From IMG/VR virus record IMGVR_UViG_3300046170_000320, positions 1,934-65,933 of that record: a stretch of DNA of 64,000 nucleotides; one strand, written 5' to 3'. Below the pieces are notes generated by a model. It ran no database searches and was not told the DNA's origin. It worked only from the letters and a program-made list of their open reading frames with translations. Position numbers and translations under genes: made by a program. This stretch comes from a virus (lineage: Duplodnaviria > Caudoviricetes). Numbering within the stretch: position 1 is the first letter of the stretch; each line of letters opens with the position of its first letter. This document shows positions 20,912 to 30,810 of the stretch, piece after piece.

Positions 20912-23803
20912 TTATGTACATGAAACGTCTTGATTTGTAGGATAAGTTTGAGATATATCTATTCTATTTGCAGAGACTCTATTTGATAATGTTGTGGTTG
21001 TTATTTCCCCGTTTTTAAGAGCTCCATTAGCATCGTCTTTATAAACAATAAAATCTCCAACAGAGTATTGATTTTGTGGAATTGTTGTTGAGGTAGATCC
21101 ATTAAATACATCAGTTTTACTCATTGTAAATTCAAGGGCACTCGTATCACATGGTTTAACTACAAATCTAGGCGTTTGGCCTGGATTTGATTGACTCCAA
21201 GTACTTTCGTTTAACTCAACTCTTCTCCAATTATTTGGCTGAACACACACATATATATACCAATTAGGGTTTGTATCTCCAACATTTGGTGTTCCAAAAA
21301 CAATATCACCAGGAGTTCCAGAAGAAGTATTTGTTTCAGGCGGATTAAAGGAAATGCTTGAGTGCAAGGTACCTATGTATGAGTCTTTAAATTTAAAACT
21401 AGGAGATCCTAGATCACAAAGATTATTGCTGCCTGGGTGAATACCTGCTATACCTGTATTACCTATAACGGCAATACTTTTAAAGTGTCCTACTGCTCCA
21501 GCTCCTATAACTATTTCATCGCCAGAACTTGTTGAACTTGATATTTCAGCTTCAGCGCCTATAACAACGTTTGCATCTGATGTAGTAGTTTGACTACCAG
21601 AACCATGTCCAACGTATGTATTGCTAGTGCCGGTTGTTACTGCCTCACCAGATGAGTTTCCAATATAAACGCTTTTAAAAAAATTCTTATTAGTTGCTAT
21701 AGAAGCTCCTGCGTCTTTACCTATAGCTACAACATCTTCTCCGAGTTCCATCGTAGCTGCAGCTCCATTTCCAATTGCTATATTATTTTTTCCTTCTGTT
21801 AAGTTGAGTAAAGTATTATAGCCTACGGCGATATTATCAGATCCTTTACCTATTTTTTGACCAGCATTATAACCTAGTGCTGAATTTCTTTCACCGTCTG
21901 TTAGTGATAGTAAAGCCTGTTTTCCTAATGAAGTATTAAATACAGAACTACCCGTTGGAGCTGTAGTGTGACCTACAAGAAAATTATTATTGGTGTCTAA
22001 AACATAGGGTATGCTGCCGCCGCCGCTGCCTCCAATATATTCTTGTAATTGCTTTAAAGTACCTTTTTTAACAGCAGTATCCGTCGGGCCTGAATTGTCT
22101 TGAAACAAAAACAAGTCTGAATCCTCAAGAGTCTCTAGAGTTCCATCAGTTGCATCGTTTATAATACCTAGGTTTGAATAATCAACAGATAGTTCTATCT
22201 TTGGACCGGTTGATGCTTTGCCACTTAGACCAGAGCCACCAGTTATATAAACGTCTGTTTCATTGGTAACTGTTTGAAAGTTTAGGTTATTAGAATCAAT
22301 AGTAAAACTACTCATAGACCCACCACCTCCACTAGCTGTAGAAGCTATAGTAATTTCATTTTCTACACTAGTTCCTCTAGTTAGTGTTATATTGCTTCCT
22401 GCTATTAAAGTAACTTGTGAGTCTACTTGACCGCCTGTGTTTAGTGTTAATAAAACATTATTTACATCACCTGGCAATACAACTTGTTGAGCAGCTAATT
22501 CATAAGCGTTTCCGCTTGCGACATCACCCCAAAAAACACCTGATCCATCACTTGTTAAAACTTGTCCGTCTTCACCAGTGTTACCATCTTTATCATAAAT
22601 ACTAACAGGGACTTGAGAGCCTGGGTCTGAGGGTAAAAGATATAAGCTGCCAGGTTGAAACCCGTCTGTAGTTACAAACCTTGATTGATTAGGGTTATAT
22701 ATCAAAGTAGAGTTTACAATTTTAGATGGTTCGGCAAAAATAGGCATATAATTAATAGTACCAGAATTATCAGAGCTAACAAAACCATACTCTTGAAAAT
22801 CAATACCAATTGTTATTATATTTTGACTGGAGTTTCCAGTTACAAGTATGCCCGGGCCACTAAATATTTTCATTAATGAATCGGGACCAGACGCTGTTAT
22901 TGTTGTGTTGTTATCTTGTACATAAAATGCACTAAAATAATTAGCATTTTTTGCCATACTTGTATTTTGTATAAATGCTGTTCCATTTGAATATCTTACG
23001 CTTATACCTGGATCTTCACCAGTAACAAAAAAATCTTCAGGTTTAACGTTTCCTAAACCTACAGTATTTGCTGTGGCTAGATCTGTATCAGATTGAATAA
23101 CTATAAAATTTGATTCTTGAGAAGCGCCTACGCCTGCAGCTGTTTGGCAAATCACTGAATCACCTATTGTTAAAGGCGTAGATGCATTTCCGAAGAAATC
23201 ACCAGAAGTAGTTACAACGTATGTATCACCTACTGAAACAGCAACCCTAGCTGGATCAGTGTCTGGATATAAAACACCACCGCTGTCAATATCTCCAGTG
23301 TTAGCATTAAACCCTCCTTTAAAATTAAATGTAGAGCTTAATTGAGTGTTGACCCAAGATGTTGTAGCTAATGTATTATCATTACTTCCTGGTGGTGGAT
23401 TAACTGCAAAAGCTCTACCGTTAGCATCTCTTGCTACTAATCTATTAAGTTCAGCTGTTTCTGTTCCTTCTATAGTTAATATAGGTGAAGAAGGGTTTGT
23501 GTTATCAATAGATAAATATGTTATACTTCCATTTTGGATACTAGTTATACCATCACCTACTGTTAATTTTTTCCAGTCAGTTATAGAAGGGTTAGCAACT
23601 GGCGCTGTTAAATCTAAAAAATAAACTCCATTATTAGAAGCTGTAGTATCATTAAATACAGAAACAACCATACCTGGGTAAGCAAGAGGTAATGTTGTTA
23701 ACTCATTTTTCTCAGCTACAACTGTTCTCGCGTCTATAGGCGCTTGTTTACCTATTTCAAAATTTAAATTAAATGGATTTACATCCCCTAGTGGTCTTGA
23801 CAT
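20912..23803 (-). CDS. Tail fibre/adhesin 2
   Basis: G/S/T-rich; GQVLTSDGSGVFW; NxAxG..A YadA-like repeats; DLGSPSFKFKD. Confidence 0.7.
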   Translation of the reverse strand: MSRPLGDVNPFNLNFEIGKQAPIDARTVVAEKNELTTLPLAYPGMVVSVFNDTTASNNGVYFLDLTAPVANPSITDWKKLTVGDGITSIQNGSITYLSIDNTNPSSPILTIEGTETAELNRLVARDANGRAFAVNPPPGSNDNTLATTSWVNTQLSSTFNFKGGFNANTGDIDSGGVLYPDTDPARVAVSVGDTYVVTTSGDFFGNASTPLTIGDSVICQTAAGVGASQESNFIVIQSDTDLATANTVGLGNVKPEDFFVTGEDPGISVRYSNGTAFIQNTSMAKNANYFSAFYVQDNNTTITASGPDSLMKIFSGPGILVTGNSSQNIITIGIDFQEYGFVSSDNSGTINYMPIFAEPSKIVNSTLIYNPNQSRFVTTDGFQPGSLYLLPSDPGSQVPVSIYDKDGNTGEDGQVLTSDGSGVFWGDVASGNAYELAAQQVVLPGDVNNVLLTLNTGGQVDSQVTLIAGSNITLTRGTSVENEITIASTASGGGGSMSSFTIDSNNLNFQTVTNETDVYITGGSGLSGKASTGPKIELSVDYSNLGIINDATDGTLETLEDSDLFLFQDNSGPTDTAVKKGTLKQLQEYIGGSGGGSIPYVLDTNNNFLVGHTTAPTGSSVFNTSLGKQALLSLTDGERNSALGYNAGQKIGKGSDNIAVGYNTLLNLTEGKNNIAIGNGAAATMELGEDVVAIGKDAGASIATNKNFFKSVYIGNSSGEAVTTGTSNTYVGHGSGSQTTTSDANVVIGAEAEISSSTSSGDEIVIGAGAVGHFKSIAVIGNTGIAGIHPGSNNLCDLGSPSFKFKDSYIGTLHSSISFNPPETNTSSGTPGDIVFGTPNVGDTNPNWYIYVCVQPNNWRRVELNESTWSQSNPGQTPRFVVKPCDTSALEFTMSKTDVFNGSTSTTIPQNQYSVGDFIVYKDDANGALKNGEITTTTLSNRVSANRIDISQTYPTNQDVSCT

Positions 23804-23823
23804 TGTTTTGTTGTTTTAAAATT

Positions 23824-25476
23824 TTACCAGTTTATTCTATAGTTATTTGCATTACCTATAGGTTGTTGCTTTGTATATAAATAATAGTCAATATCACCTT
23901 GACCTGCCACTGGTTCTATAAGTATAGAAGATTGAACCCAGGTAGCGCCTGGATATTGTTGTTGCCAACCTAACGACCCTGCATCAACTTCTATAGTTAT
24001 ATCTCCACTTACCATAATTTGAGGCACCGCTATTTGGTGGGCTAAAGTTAGTGTTTCATCGTAAGGTTGATCACATTCTATATTACTCGCGTTTTGACTA
24101 GCTAATCTGTTTCTTGGTACAAGATTTCCGCTTGAATTACCTAAATATATAGGATACACACCTTCTATTTTATCATCATCGGTAACTGTTCCACCTGTAT
24201 ATTGAGGCGGTGAAGTTGCTGGTGTACCTGTTGAATCTCTAGGCACTGGTCCTGTTAAGAATGTAGTTGTTAATGTCCAATCGTTATTTCCAAACGTGAA
24301 TTGATAGCTAGGCGCCGGTGATACATCGTCTATTGTAGTTGGTGGCGTAACTGTTGGGCTATACGAAGCACCTCCAGGACCACTTATACTAGCATTGTCA
24401 ACAGGGCCAGCGTAATTTATTGGGTTTGTAGTTCCTCCAAATTGAGAAGGATTAGTCATAGATCCTCTGTTAGCGGTAGATTCTATTGTTAAAGTTTTTG
24501 TATCTCCTGCTATTGCTAGTTTAACTCCTGTTTGCATTCCAGAATAACTTACTTCTAAATTTGTAGATGGACTACTTTGTAATTCAGGTTGTACAGTTGG
24601 AAATAATAACTGATCAAACAGCGCGCTGAAAGTTTCCCCATTTAAATCTAAAACTGTTGTCCCCTCTGGTATTCCACCTACCTCTTCAAACATTGTTGTT
24701 TCATCTGTAAGAGAAGAAGAGTAAACACCGCTTCCGCCTCCACCTAATTCAACCCATGCAGTTCCATTATATATATAAGGTTTATTTTCCGATGCGTCAG
24801 TTACATATACTATAAGACCTGTAGCTATTGGAGCTGCTATTTGACCTCTTTGAGCAAGCGTCATTCTAGGTGGTAAAAACCCTTTAGTTGTAGATCTTGC
24901 TTCAAGCACTGCTGATGGATCAGCTGTTGTTGGATCTAAATTAAAAGTTGTATCGTTAACTACCGTAGATGTAGATATAATTGTATCTAAGTCATTACCT
25001 GCTTCTTGTACTACTGTTATAGCATCACCAGCTCCACCAAAAGTACCTGATGATATTTTAAATGTTGTATTTGTTTCATTATCTAATCCAACATACCATC
25101 TGTTTATAGAGTTTTGAAACTGTATAGCTGCATCTAAGCCCCCGGCCGTTTGCTCTATTTGTATCTGAGGGAAATTACCACCTGATACATGTATCTTACT
25201 ACTAGGATTTGTTGTTCCAACACCTAGATTGCCATTATTAAAATCATAAAACAGATTATCATTACCTGCAATAGATCCTGGAGTGTCCCAATATGTTACT
25301 TGACCAGCTGCACCTAGACCAGGTACACCTCCTCCGCCTGGAACTGCAGTAGATAAACTTAAAACATCACTTATGCTAACTGTTTTAGTAGGATATTCTT
25401 TAGATGAAGTATCTGATATGATCAATAAATCATCTAACTCTGGTGTAGTCGTAGGATATGAATATATTATTGCCAT
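23824..25476 (-). CDS. Tail fibre 3
   Basis: MAIIYSYP N-terminus; GNLGVGTTNP; STTKGFLPPRMT module common in Flavobacteria proteins. Confidence 0.7.
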   Translation of the reverse strand: MAIIYSYPTTTPELDDLLIISDTSSKEYPTKTVSISDVLSLSTAVPGGGGVPGLGAAGQVTYWDTPGSIAGNDNLFYDFNNGNLGVGTTNPSSKIHVSGGNFPQIQIEQTAGGLDAAIQFQNSINRWYVGLDNETNTTFKISSGTFGGAGDAITVVQEAGNDLDTIISTSTVVNDTTFNLDPTTADPSAVLEARSTTKGFLPPRMTLAQRGQIAAPIATGLIVYVTDASENKPYIYNGTAWVELGGGGSGVYSSSLTDETTMFEEVGGIPEGTTVLDLNGETFSALFDQLLFPTVQPELQSSPSTNLEVSYSGMQTGVKLAIAGDTKTLTIESTANRGSMTNPSQFGGTTNPINYAGPVDNASISGPGGASYSPTVTPPTTIDDVSPAPSYQFTFGNNDWTLTTTFLTGPVPRDSTGTPATSPPQYTGGTVTDDDKIEGVYPIYLGNSSGNLVPRNRLASQNASNIECDQPYDETLTLAHQIAVPQIMVSGDITIEVDAGSLGWQQQYPGATWVQSSILIEPVAGQGDIDYYLYTKQQPIGNANNYRINW

Positions 25477-25482
25477 ATTCTT

Positions 25483-25728
25483 TTAATTTTTTTTAACTGT
25501 GTTAGTTGTACTGTCATAGGTGTGTGTGCTTGGAGTAGTACCGGCTCTGTCGTGAGCGCGTTCACCAGCTGTCATTTGGTTTCTTTTCTGCCCCTGAGCT
25601 GTAAGTGTGCCATCTGGGTTCATATGCCCGCGTTTCTTCAGTAGTGCATAGGCAAAACCTTTATCACCTACTTGAGCTATCAGACGTTTCACCAACTGAT
25701 TACGGCCCATATGCTTCTGTGTTTCCAT
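25483..25728 (-). CDS. Small basic hypothetical protein
   Basis: First ORF of the left arm, after a class II motif. Confidence 0.55.
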   Translation of the reverse strand: METQKHMGRNQLVKRLIAQVGDKGFAYALLKKRGHMNPDGTLTAQGQKRNQMTAGERAHDRAGTTPSTHTYDSTTNTVKKN

Positions 25729-25735
25729 ATATCTA

Positions 25736-25766
25736 TATATACTTACAGATAATAGCGAAAACTTAC
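25736..25766 (-). promoter_or_regulatory. Class II promoter-like motif GTAA-N16-GTAAGTATATA
   Basis: Repeat family; at the head of the fibre operon. Confidence 0.7.
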
Positions 25767-25771
25767 AAATT

Positions 25772-25818
25772 GTGACAATAGCCCCTTACTTATATACCTT
25801 ATAAGGCTAATGTCCTAT
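25772..25818. repeat. 47-bp quasi-palindromic site, copy 1
   Basis: gtgacaatagcccc-N18-aggctaatgtcctat; second copy at 32293. Confidence 0.85.
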
Positions 25819-25952
25819 TTTGAAAATCGTTACAAATAGAGGGGTTTGGTGTTCAACTATCGTGCCAAACTGTTACAAACTACATAAAAACGAATTATTT
25901 TAGCCACCCCCGACCCTATTTTTTACATATTCTAATGAATGTTTTCAACTTT

Positions 25953-25984
25953 TACAAACAAAATACAGAATATTTTGGATAATA
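25953..25984 (+). promoter_or_regulatory. Class I motif TACAAACAAAATAC-N10-GGATAATA, copy 1
   Basis: Six exact copies in the early region. Confidence 0.8.
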
Positions 25985-26037
25985 ATAATGTAAATAAAAA
26001 CTAATAATAATAATAGTTTTAATAATAATAAAAACTT

Positions 26038-26069
26038 TACAAACAAAATACATTCTTAATTGGATAATA
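26038..26069 (+). promoter_or_regulatory. Class I motif, copy 2
   Basis: Exact boxes, 10-nt spacer; upstream of ATG 26108. Confidence 0.8.
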
Positions 26070-26107
26070 TAATAAACTAATAAATACTAATATAATACTT
26101 AAATACT

Positions 26108-26335
26108 ATGCAAAATTTACAATCAAAAAGATTTGTTGTACGCAAATCACTAATCGGAAAAAATCAAATCATTGAAGTAACTTTCAAAAATGGTAAGTCA
26201 TTCACTTACAATCATGATAAAGTATATGAAATCATGAAAGATAAATTAACTTCTATGAATTGCTTTGAAAAGTACAAGTCTTACACTTCTTCTACAAGTG
26301 TACCAGTAATTCTTCGTGACAAAGTAGTAATATAA
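26108..26335 (+). CDS. First early hypothetical protein
   Basis: 75 aa ORF after two class I motifs. Confidence 0.65.
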   Translation: MQNLQSKRFVVRKSLIGKNQIIEVTFKNGKSFTYNHDKVYEIMKDKLTSMNCFEKYKSYTSSTSVPVILRDKVVI

Positions 26336-26515
26336 TACTACTTGTCATGACATACTGTCACTTTCTGTGCAATACATACACTATAAATAATACTAATAAA
26401 TAATTACACACCTATAAATAATACTTATATGAGAAGATTCATACACACCATTGTATTCAAAATCAAGTCATTACCAATTACAGTTGGAAGATTCAGTGAC
26501 TTCTTATAATGGAAC

Positions 26516-26547
26516 TACAAACAAAATACAATATCCTTTGGATAATA
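26516..26547 (+). promoter_or_regulatory. Class I motif, copy 3
   Basis: Exact boxes; upstream of ATG 26581. Confidence 0.8.
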
Positions 26548-26580
26548 TAATAAAATACTAACTAATAAAATAATAATACT

Positions 26581-28831
26581 ATGTCAACTAAATCTTATAC
26601 ACTACTAAAAATATCACTTAGAGTTTACAAAACTCACTGGCTTGAACTTACTGATGAGCAAAAGTCTGAAGTGTTAGATATATACTATGATTTCTATTAA
26701 AATAATATAAATATGCAACATAGAAATATACCATACGAATATCGTGAGTGGACTTACGAAGGCACTAAATGTTCTGCCTTTACATGCAAGTACTTTAACT
26801 TTCACCCTTATCACATTATGTCTTTTTCTACAGAACTAGAACAAGATATGATCGCTCAGATCGATGAGTACATAGATAACCGTGAAGTATACAAAGCAAA
26901 GCGTGATATGTCTACTAAAGCAGCAGCGGACTTCTATAAAACATTAACTTTTAAAAATGATTAACTATGCAGTTTATACAAATAACTAACAATAAAGAGA
27001 TCGATATGACTTCTCTTATACTAAAACAAATACAAGGCGAGATCACACGCGATGAAGTCTTACAAGTAATAAATGATAATATAGTAAAAAATTCAGATGA
27101 GATATAATATAATATATTGGAGTAATGGCTCCTATGAACCAGAGATAATAGATGAAGCGGAAAATAGAGTAGAAGCTCTAAATCTTGTAAAAGAATACAG
27201 GATCGCTTTTAAGTGTAACAATATAAGTTTTCAAAGAATATGAAAGAAAATATAATTAAAACCATAATAATAGTAGGTGCATGTGCTACTTCCTACACAA
27301 TAAGTAATAATATAGCGCAAGAGATCGCTGCATCATCATTCGAGGCAGGTAAAGAAGCTAAATACAATGAGATCAAGCAAAGAGCTGAAGACATTAATCA
27401 ATACGGCGAAGGTTATTTCACATCACAAGATGTTGAAGAGATCTTAGAAGGTTATTATGATGATGAAGAAGGTCTCTAAATGCAAGTAATGATAGTCAAT
27501 GGTACAAGATACCTTATCAACACATCGACGCCTGATGGCGGGGATTCTGCCTGCGAGTACATATTAAAGTATTATGACCTCAATGCGATCATAGAATTTG
27601 ATAGTGCAAAAGCAGATGATTACAAACAAAATACAATAACTATTGGATAATATAATAAACAAAACTATGCAACAAATAAAATTCTTATCAAACAATCAAA
27701 TATTACTTAATAACCAACTCTATCAAGGTTATAATATCGGCGAGTTACCAAACACCTTTGGTTTTATATACAATGAAGACAAAGATCAAGACGGTATTAG
27801 CGAATGGTTTAACTACAAAGGTCTTACTTATGTCGCCAAGTAATATGAAAGAGCTGCTAATCTATGCAGAGCAGCAGAAGAAACTACGTGCAAGCGAGCA
27901 TAGGCGTAAGCACGCACATGACGGGTTATGCAGTGGACTTACAGATGTCGAGTACAATCGAGTTGTAACTAGACAGAAATCTACCTTTTCGAAAGGCTAG
28001 AAAGTTCACTCACAACCGTATGTGGCGAGATAATACAAAGAAATTTACAGTAGAACAACTTAAATTAATTAAAACACTATGACAAATTATCAAAAAGAGC
28101 AATTTCTGCTCGAAGAACAGTATGTAAAACGTCTACTTATCGATTACGGAATCAGAGAAGTAACAACACAGCGTCAAGCTAAAAATGAAACTCGTGAGTT
28201 TGAATTTCCTGTGCCTGCATATACTAAACAAAGACTTGAGTGGTATAAGCGCAAGAAATATGAATTTAAAGACTTACCACGACTACGCATTGCTTGTTTC
28301 AAAGTCAGGTTATGTACGTAAGCAAAACGGTGCAGACAGAGCATATCAACTAAATCCTACATACGAGCAAAATTATAGATGCGTATGGCAGAGACAAGAT
28401 GGTGAGATTTATATATCAAAAGGTATGACTAAAGCTCGTGCGCTTATACTTTCACCAATAACAAGATTAAACTTTATGTTAAACTATTACCTTAAAAACT
28501 ATGCAAACAATTAAACTAACAGAAAACGACTGCATTTTCGTACACTATGTACTACGCATGTACGCTCAGCAAACACCTGGGCTTGATCAAGAAGACAAAG
28601 AAGAAATACGTGAAGTCGCAGCTAAATTTAAATAATATGAGTAAAATGAAAGAAATAGATCTTATAGCGCAAGGCGTTGCAGATCACTGTAAAGAAATAA
28701 TGTATGACACTGTCGAGTGGCAGATATCAGATCAACCTGTTGACGGTGATGATTTTAACGAGTTACATAGTTATGTAATGAGTAAAGCAATCGAATACCT
28801 TTACAAACAAAATACAAACACTGTTGGATAA
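26581..28831 (+). CDS. Run of small early hypothetical genes (e.g. 26581-26700, 26713-26964, 27240-27479, 27668-27843, 28079-28514 with indel, 28501-28635, 28637-28831)
   Basis: Abutting short ORFs with A-rich leaders; no recognisable domains. Confidence 0.5.
27621..27652 (+). promoter_or_regulatory. Class I motif, copy 4
   Basis: Exact boxes; upstream of ATG 27668. Confidence 0.8.
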
Positions 28832-28833
28832 TA
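28802..28833 (+). promoter_or_regulatory. Class I motif, copy 5
   Basis: Exact boxes; overlaps the end of the upstream ORF; upstream of ATG 28861. Confidence 0.8.
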
Positions 28834-28860
28834 TATATGTAACAAATAAAATAAATAACT

Positions 28861-29049
28861 ATGTATTGTAGATGTGGTACAACCGTCCACCCTGTCCGTT
28901 TAGAACTGGGATATAAAACTTGTGTGAAGTGTTCAACAACTAAAACATACTCGTATGTCCCTATCATTGAGCACAAGACGGGCAATACAATACAAATCGT
29001 CAGCCAAGAAGTTAGCGCATCTGTGCACAGAGCTTGGCGGCGTAAATGA
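28861..29049 (+). CDS. Small C4 zinc-finger protein (TraR/DksA finger-like)
   Basis: CRCG...HPVRLELGYKTCVKCS. Confidence 0.6.
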   Translation: MYCRCGTTVHPVRLELGYKTCVKCSTTKTYSYVPIIEHKTGNTIQIVSQEVSASVHRAWRRK

Positions 29050-29077
29050 TGGAAGCACCGTAATGGTCCATCAAATA

Positions 29078-29191
29078 GCTACAAGTTAGTATCGAGTAGT
29101 AATGCGAGTGAGAATGCAAGTGAACTGGTGAGGGATCGTTATGAACTCAGGAATCTAAAAACACTCAATAGTTATTACCCTAGCTTGTAGC
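29078..29191 (+). ncRNA. Rod-like structured RNA candidate
   Basis: 12-bp closing stem gctacaagttag/ctagcttgtagc, then gtagtaat/gttattac, gagtg/cactc, tgag/ctca; G-U pairs favour the + strand. Confidence 0.55.
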
Positions 29192-29195
29192 ATAT

Positions 29196-29268
29196 GGGCG
29201 TGTAAATGGTTAGGGGTTCTGCTTTGTGCATTACCTAAACGCAGGTTCGATTCCTGCCACGTCCACTA
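29196..29268 (+). ncRNA. tRNA-like RNA resembling the tmRNA tRNA-like domain
   Basis: Acceptor GGGCGTG/CACGTCC-A with G3-U70; T arm GCAGG-TTCGATT-CCTGC; no D stem; no canonical anticodon arm. Confidence 0.7.
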
Positions 29269-29270
29269 AT

Positions 29271-29358
29271 AGAGAGATGGCAGATATGCAGTTCATGGCT
29301 TGTCCAACACAAAACGCGGGTAATCCGTAATCGAAGTGCTTCGTGGACACATCTCTCT
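29271..29358 (+). ncRNA. Multibranch structured RNA candidate
   Basis: agagagatg/catctctct, tgtcca/tggaca, inner gcgg/ccgt and cgaa/ttcg hairpins. Confidence 0.55.
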
Positions 29359-29389
29359 TATAATATTACTAATTTTAAAACAAGAACAA

Positions 29390-30804
29390 ATGCCAAATAT
29401 GAGTTATTGTCGGTTTGAAAACACCGTCACAGACATGCAAGATTGTGTAAATGCAATCGAAGAAAGAGACACAGATGAGCTCAGCAGCTATGAAGTCAAC
29501 GCTCTTTCACACTTTTTAGATCTCGCAAGAGAAATTACTAACCTCGAATATGAAATCGAAGAAATACTAGGTGAATATGACAGCTAAAGTTAGACAAATG
29601 ACAAGTAATAGCTCAGGTAATCCTGTAGCTAATCAATTCGTTATATACACTGACGAAGGAACTTACTTCCAAAGCTATGACAGCGTTATTGCTTTTAGAG
29701 ATAATAATCGTAAAATTATACTAGATAGTTACTATTGGGATTACTCACGTACTACAGGTAAATACCGCAACCAGTTTTTAGGTGAAGGTATAGCAGATAC
29801 TAGAGCTAAAATAGAATCAGGTGAGTATAAACTAGCTGATCTTCAGTAGTTACAAACAAAATACGAACACTAACGGATAATAATATAAAATAATTATGCA
29901 AAATAGACTAAATTTATGGCAAAGGCTAAAGCCTGAGTACAAAAAACAACTTAAAAAATCAAACAAGAAGTATTCTTACAAAATGGCTAGTATTAAAGAT
30001 GAACTTAAAAACACATATTGGTTTACAGATGTAAAATATGGTACTGCTTTTGATGTAATGACGCCTAACAAGCTAGACTTTCTTGGTGATGCTTTTAATG
30101 CAAATAAAAGTTATGAGTGAAGAAATAAAAGAACGAGCTAGACATAAGGCTTTTGCTAAAATTAGCTTTATAGAACTAGAAAACAAGACTTATAAACGAG
30201 ATATTAAAGCAGGTGGCGACGGTAGATTATCAGTTGATCTACTAAAAACCTGTTTAAGATCTAACGAAAGAGAATTACTAACATGGCAATACATTGCTAA
30301 ACTAATAGAAACAGATGAGTAAAACACTGAACAGACGAATTAATAGAACAAACACTAGCTGATAAAGGTTGGCTAGATGTTAATGAAGCTGATCAAGAAG
30401 ATCAAAAGAAAATGGTACTTGAGCACTATGACGTAGAATTTACAGATAGATTTAATAATAACTGCCAATACTATATATACACAGAGTCAACTAGAGATGG
30501 TTACGAGGTATGGGTTGCTACTGAAGACATGGGTAATGTATGTATATCAGAAGATGTATACTACTACGACAGTGATCTTCATGTTGCACTAGCTGATGCT
30601 ATCAAAGACGAGTTATCACCTATTTACTTAGATGATGAAGATGCTGACTTTGTTGATTATGCTATATCAGAAGTATACGAGTATTTATATGATCGTAAAC
30701 TAGAAGAAGTTGAGTCAGAGCTTGAAGATCAAGGCTATGAGTGGCCTGTTATTGAGTCAGAAAAAGACTTTGCTAACGAAGTAAATAATATATTAGATTC
30801 ATAA
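29390..30804 (+). CDS. Early hypothetical genes (29390-29587 MPNMSYCRFENT-type, 29571-29849, 29896-30120, about 30113-30322, acidic ORF ending 30804)
   Basis: Contiguous ORFs; start of the first reassigned to 29390 because 29336 lies within an RNA fold. Confidence 0.55.
29851..29882 (+). promoter_or_regulatory. Class I motif, copy 6
   Basis: Exact boxes; upstream of ATG 29896. Confidence 0.8.
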
Positions 30805-30810
30805 TACTAA

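Noticed and set aside
29196-29268. Canonical tRNA (Gln-TTG or Ala-TGC) or attP fragment
   Set aside because: No D stem or proper 5-bp/7-nt anticodon arm; both acceptor strands are present and no integrase is seen
29047-29358. Self-cleaving ribozyme or intron
   Set aside because: No hammerhead CUGAnGA/GAAA core or group I/II hallmarks seen by eye
25953-29882. Class I repeats as a CRISPR array or integron attC sites
   Set aside because: Irregular 85-1200 bp spacing, a variable internal 10 nt, no palindromy, and no cas or integrase gene
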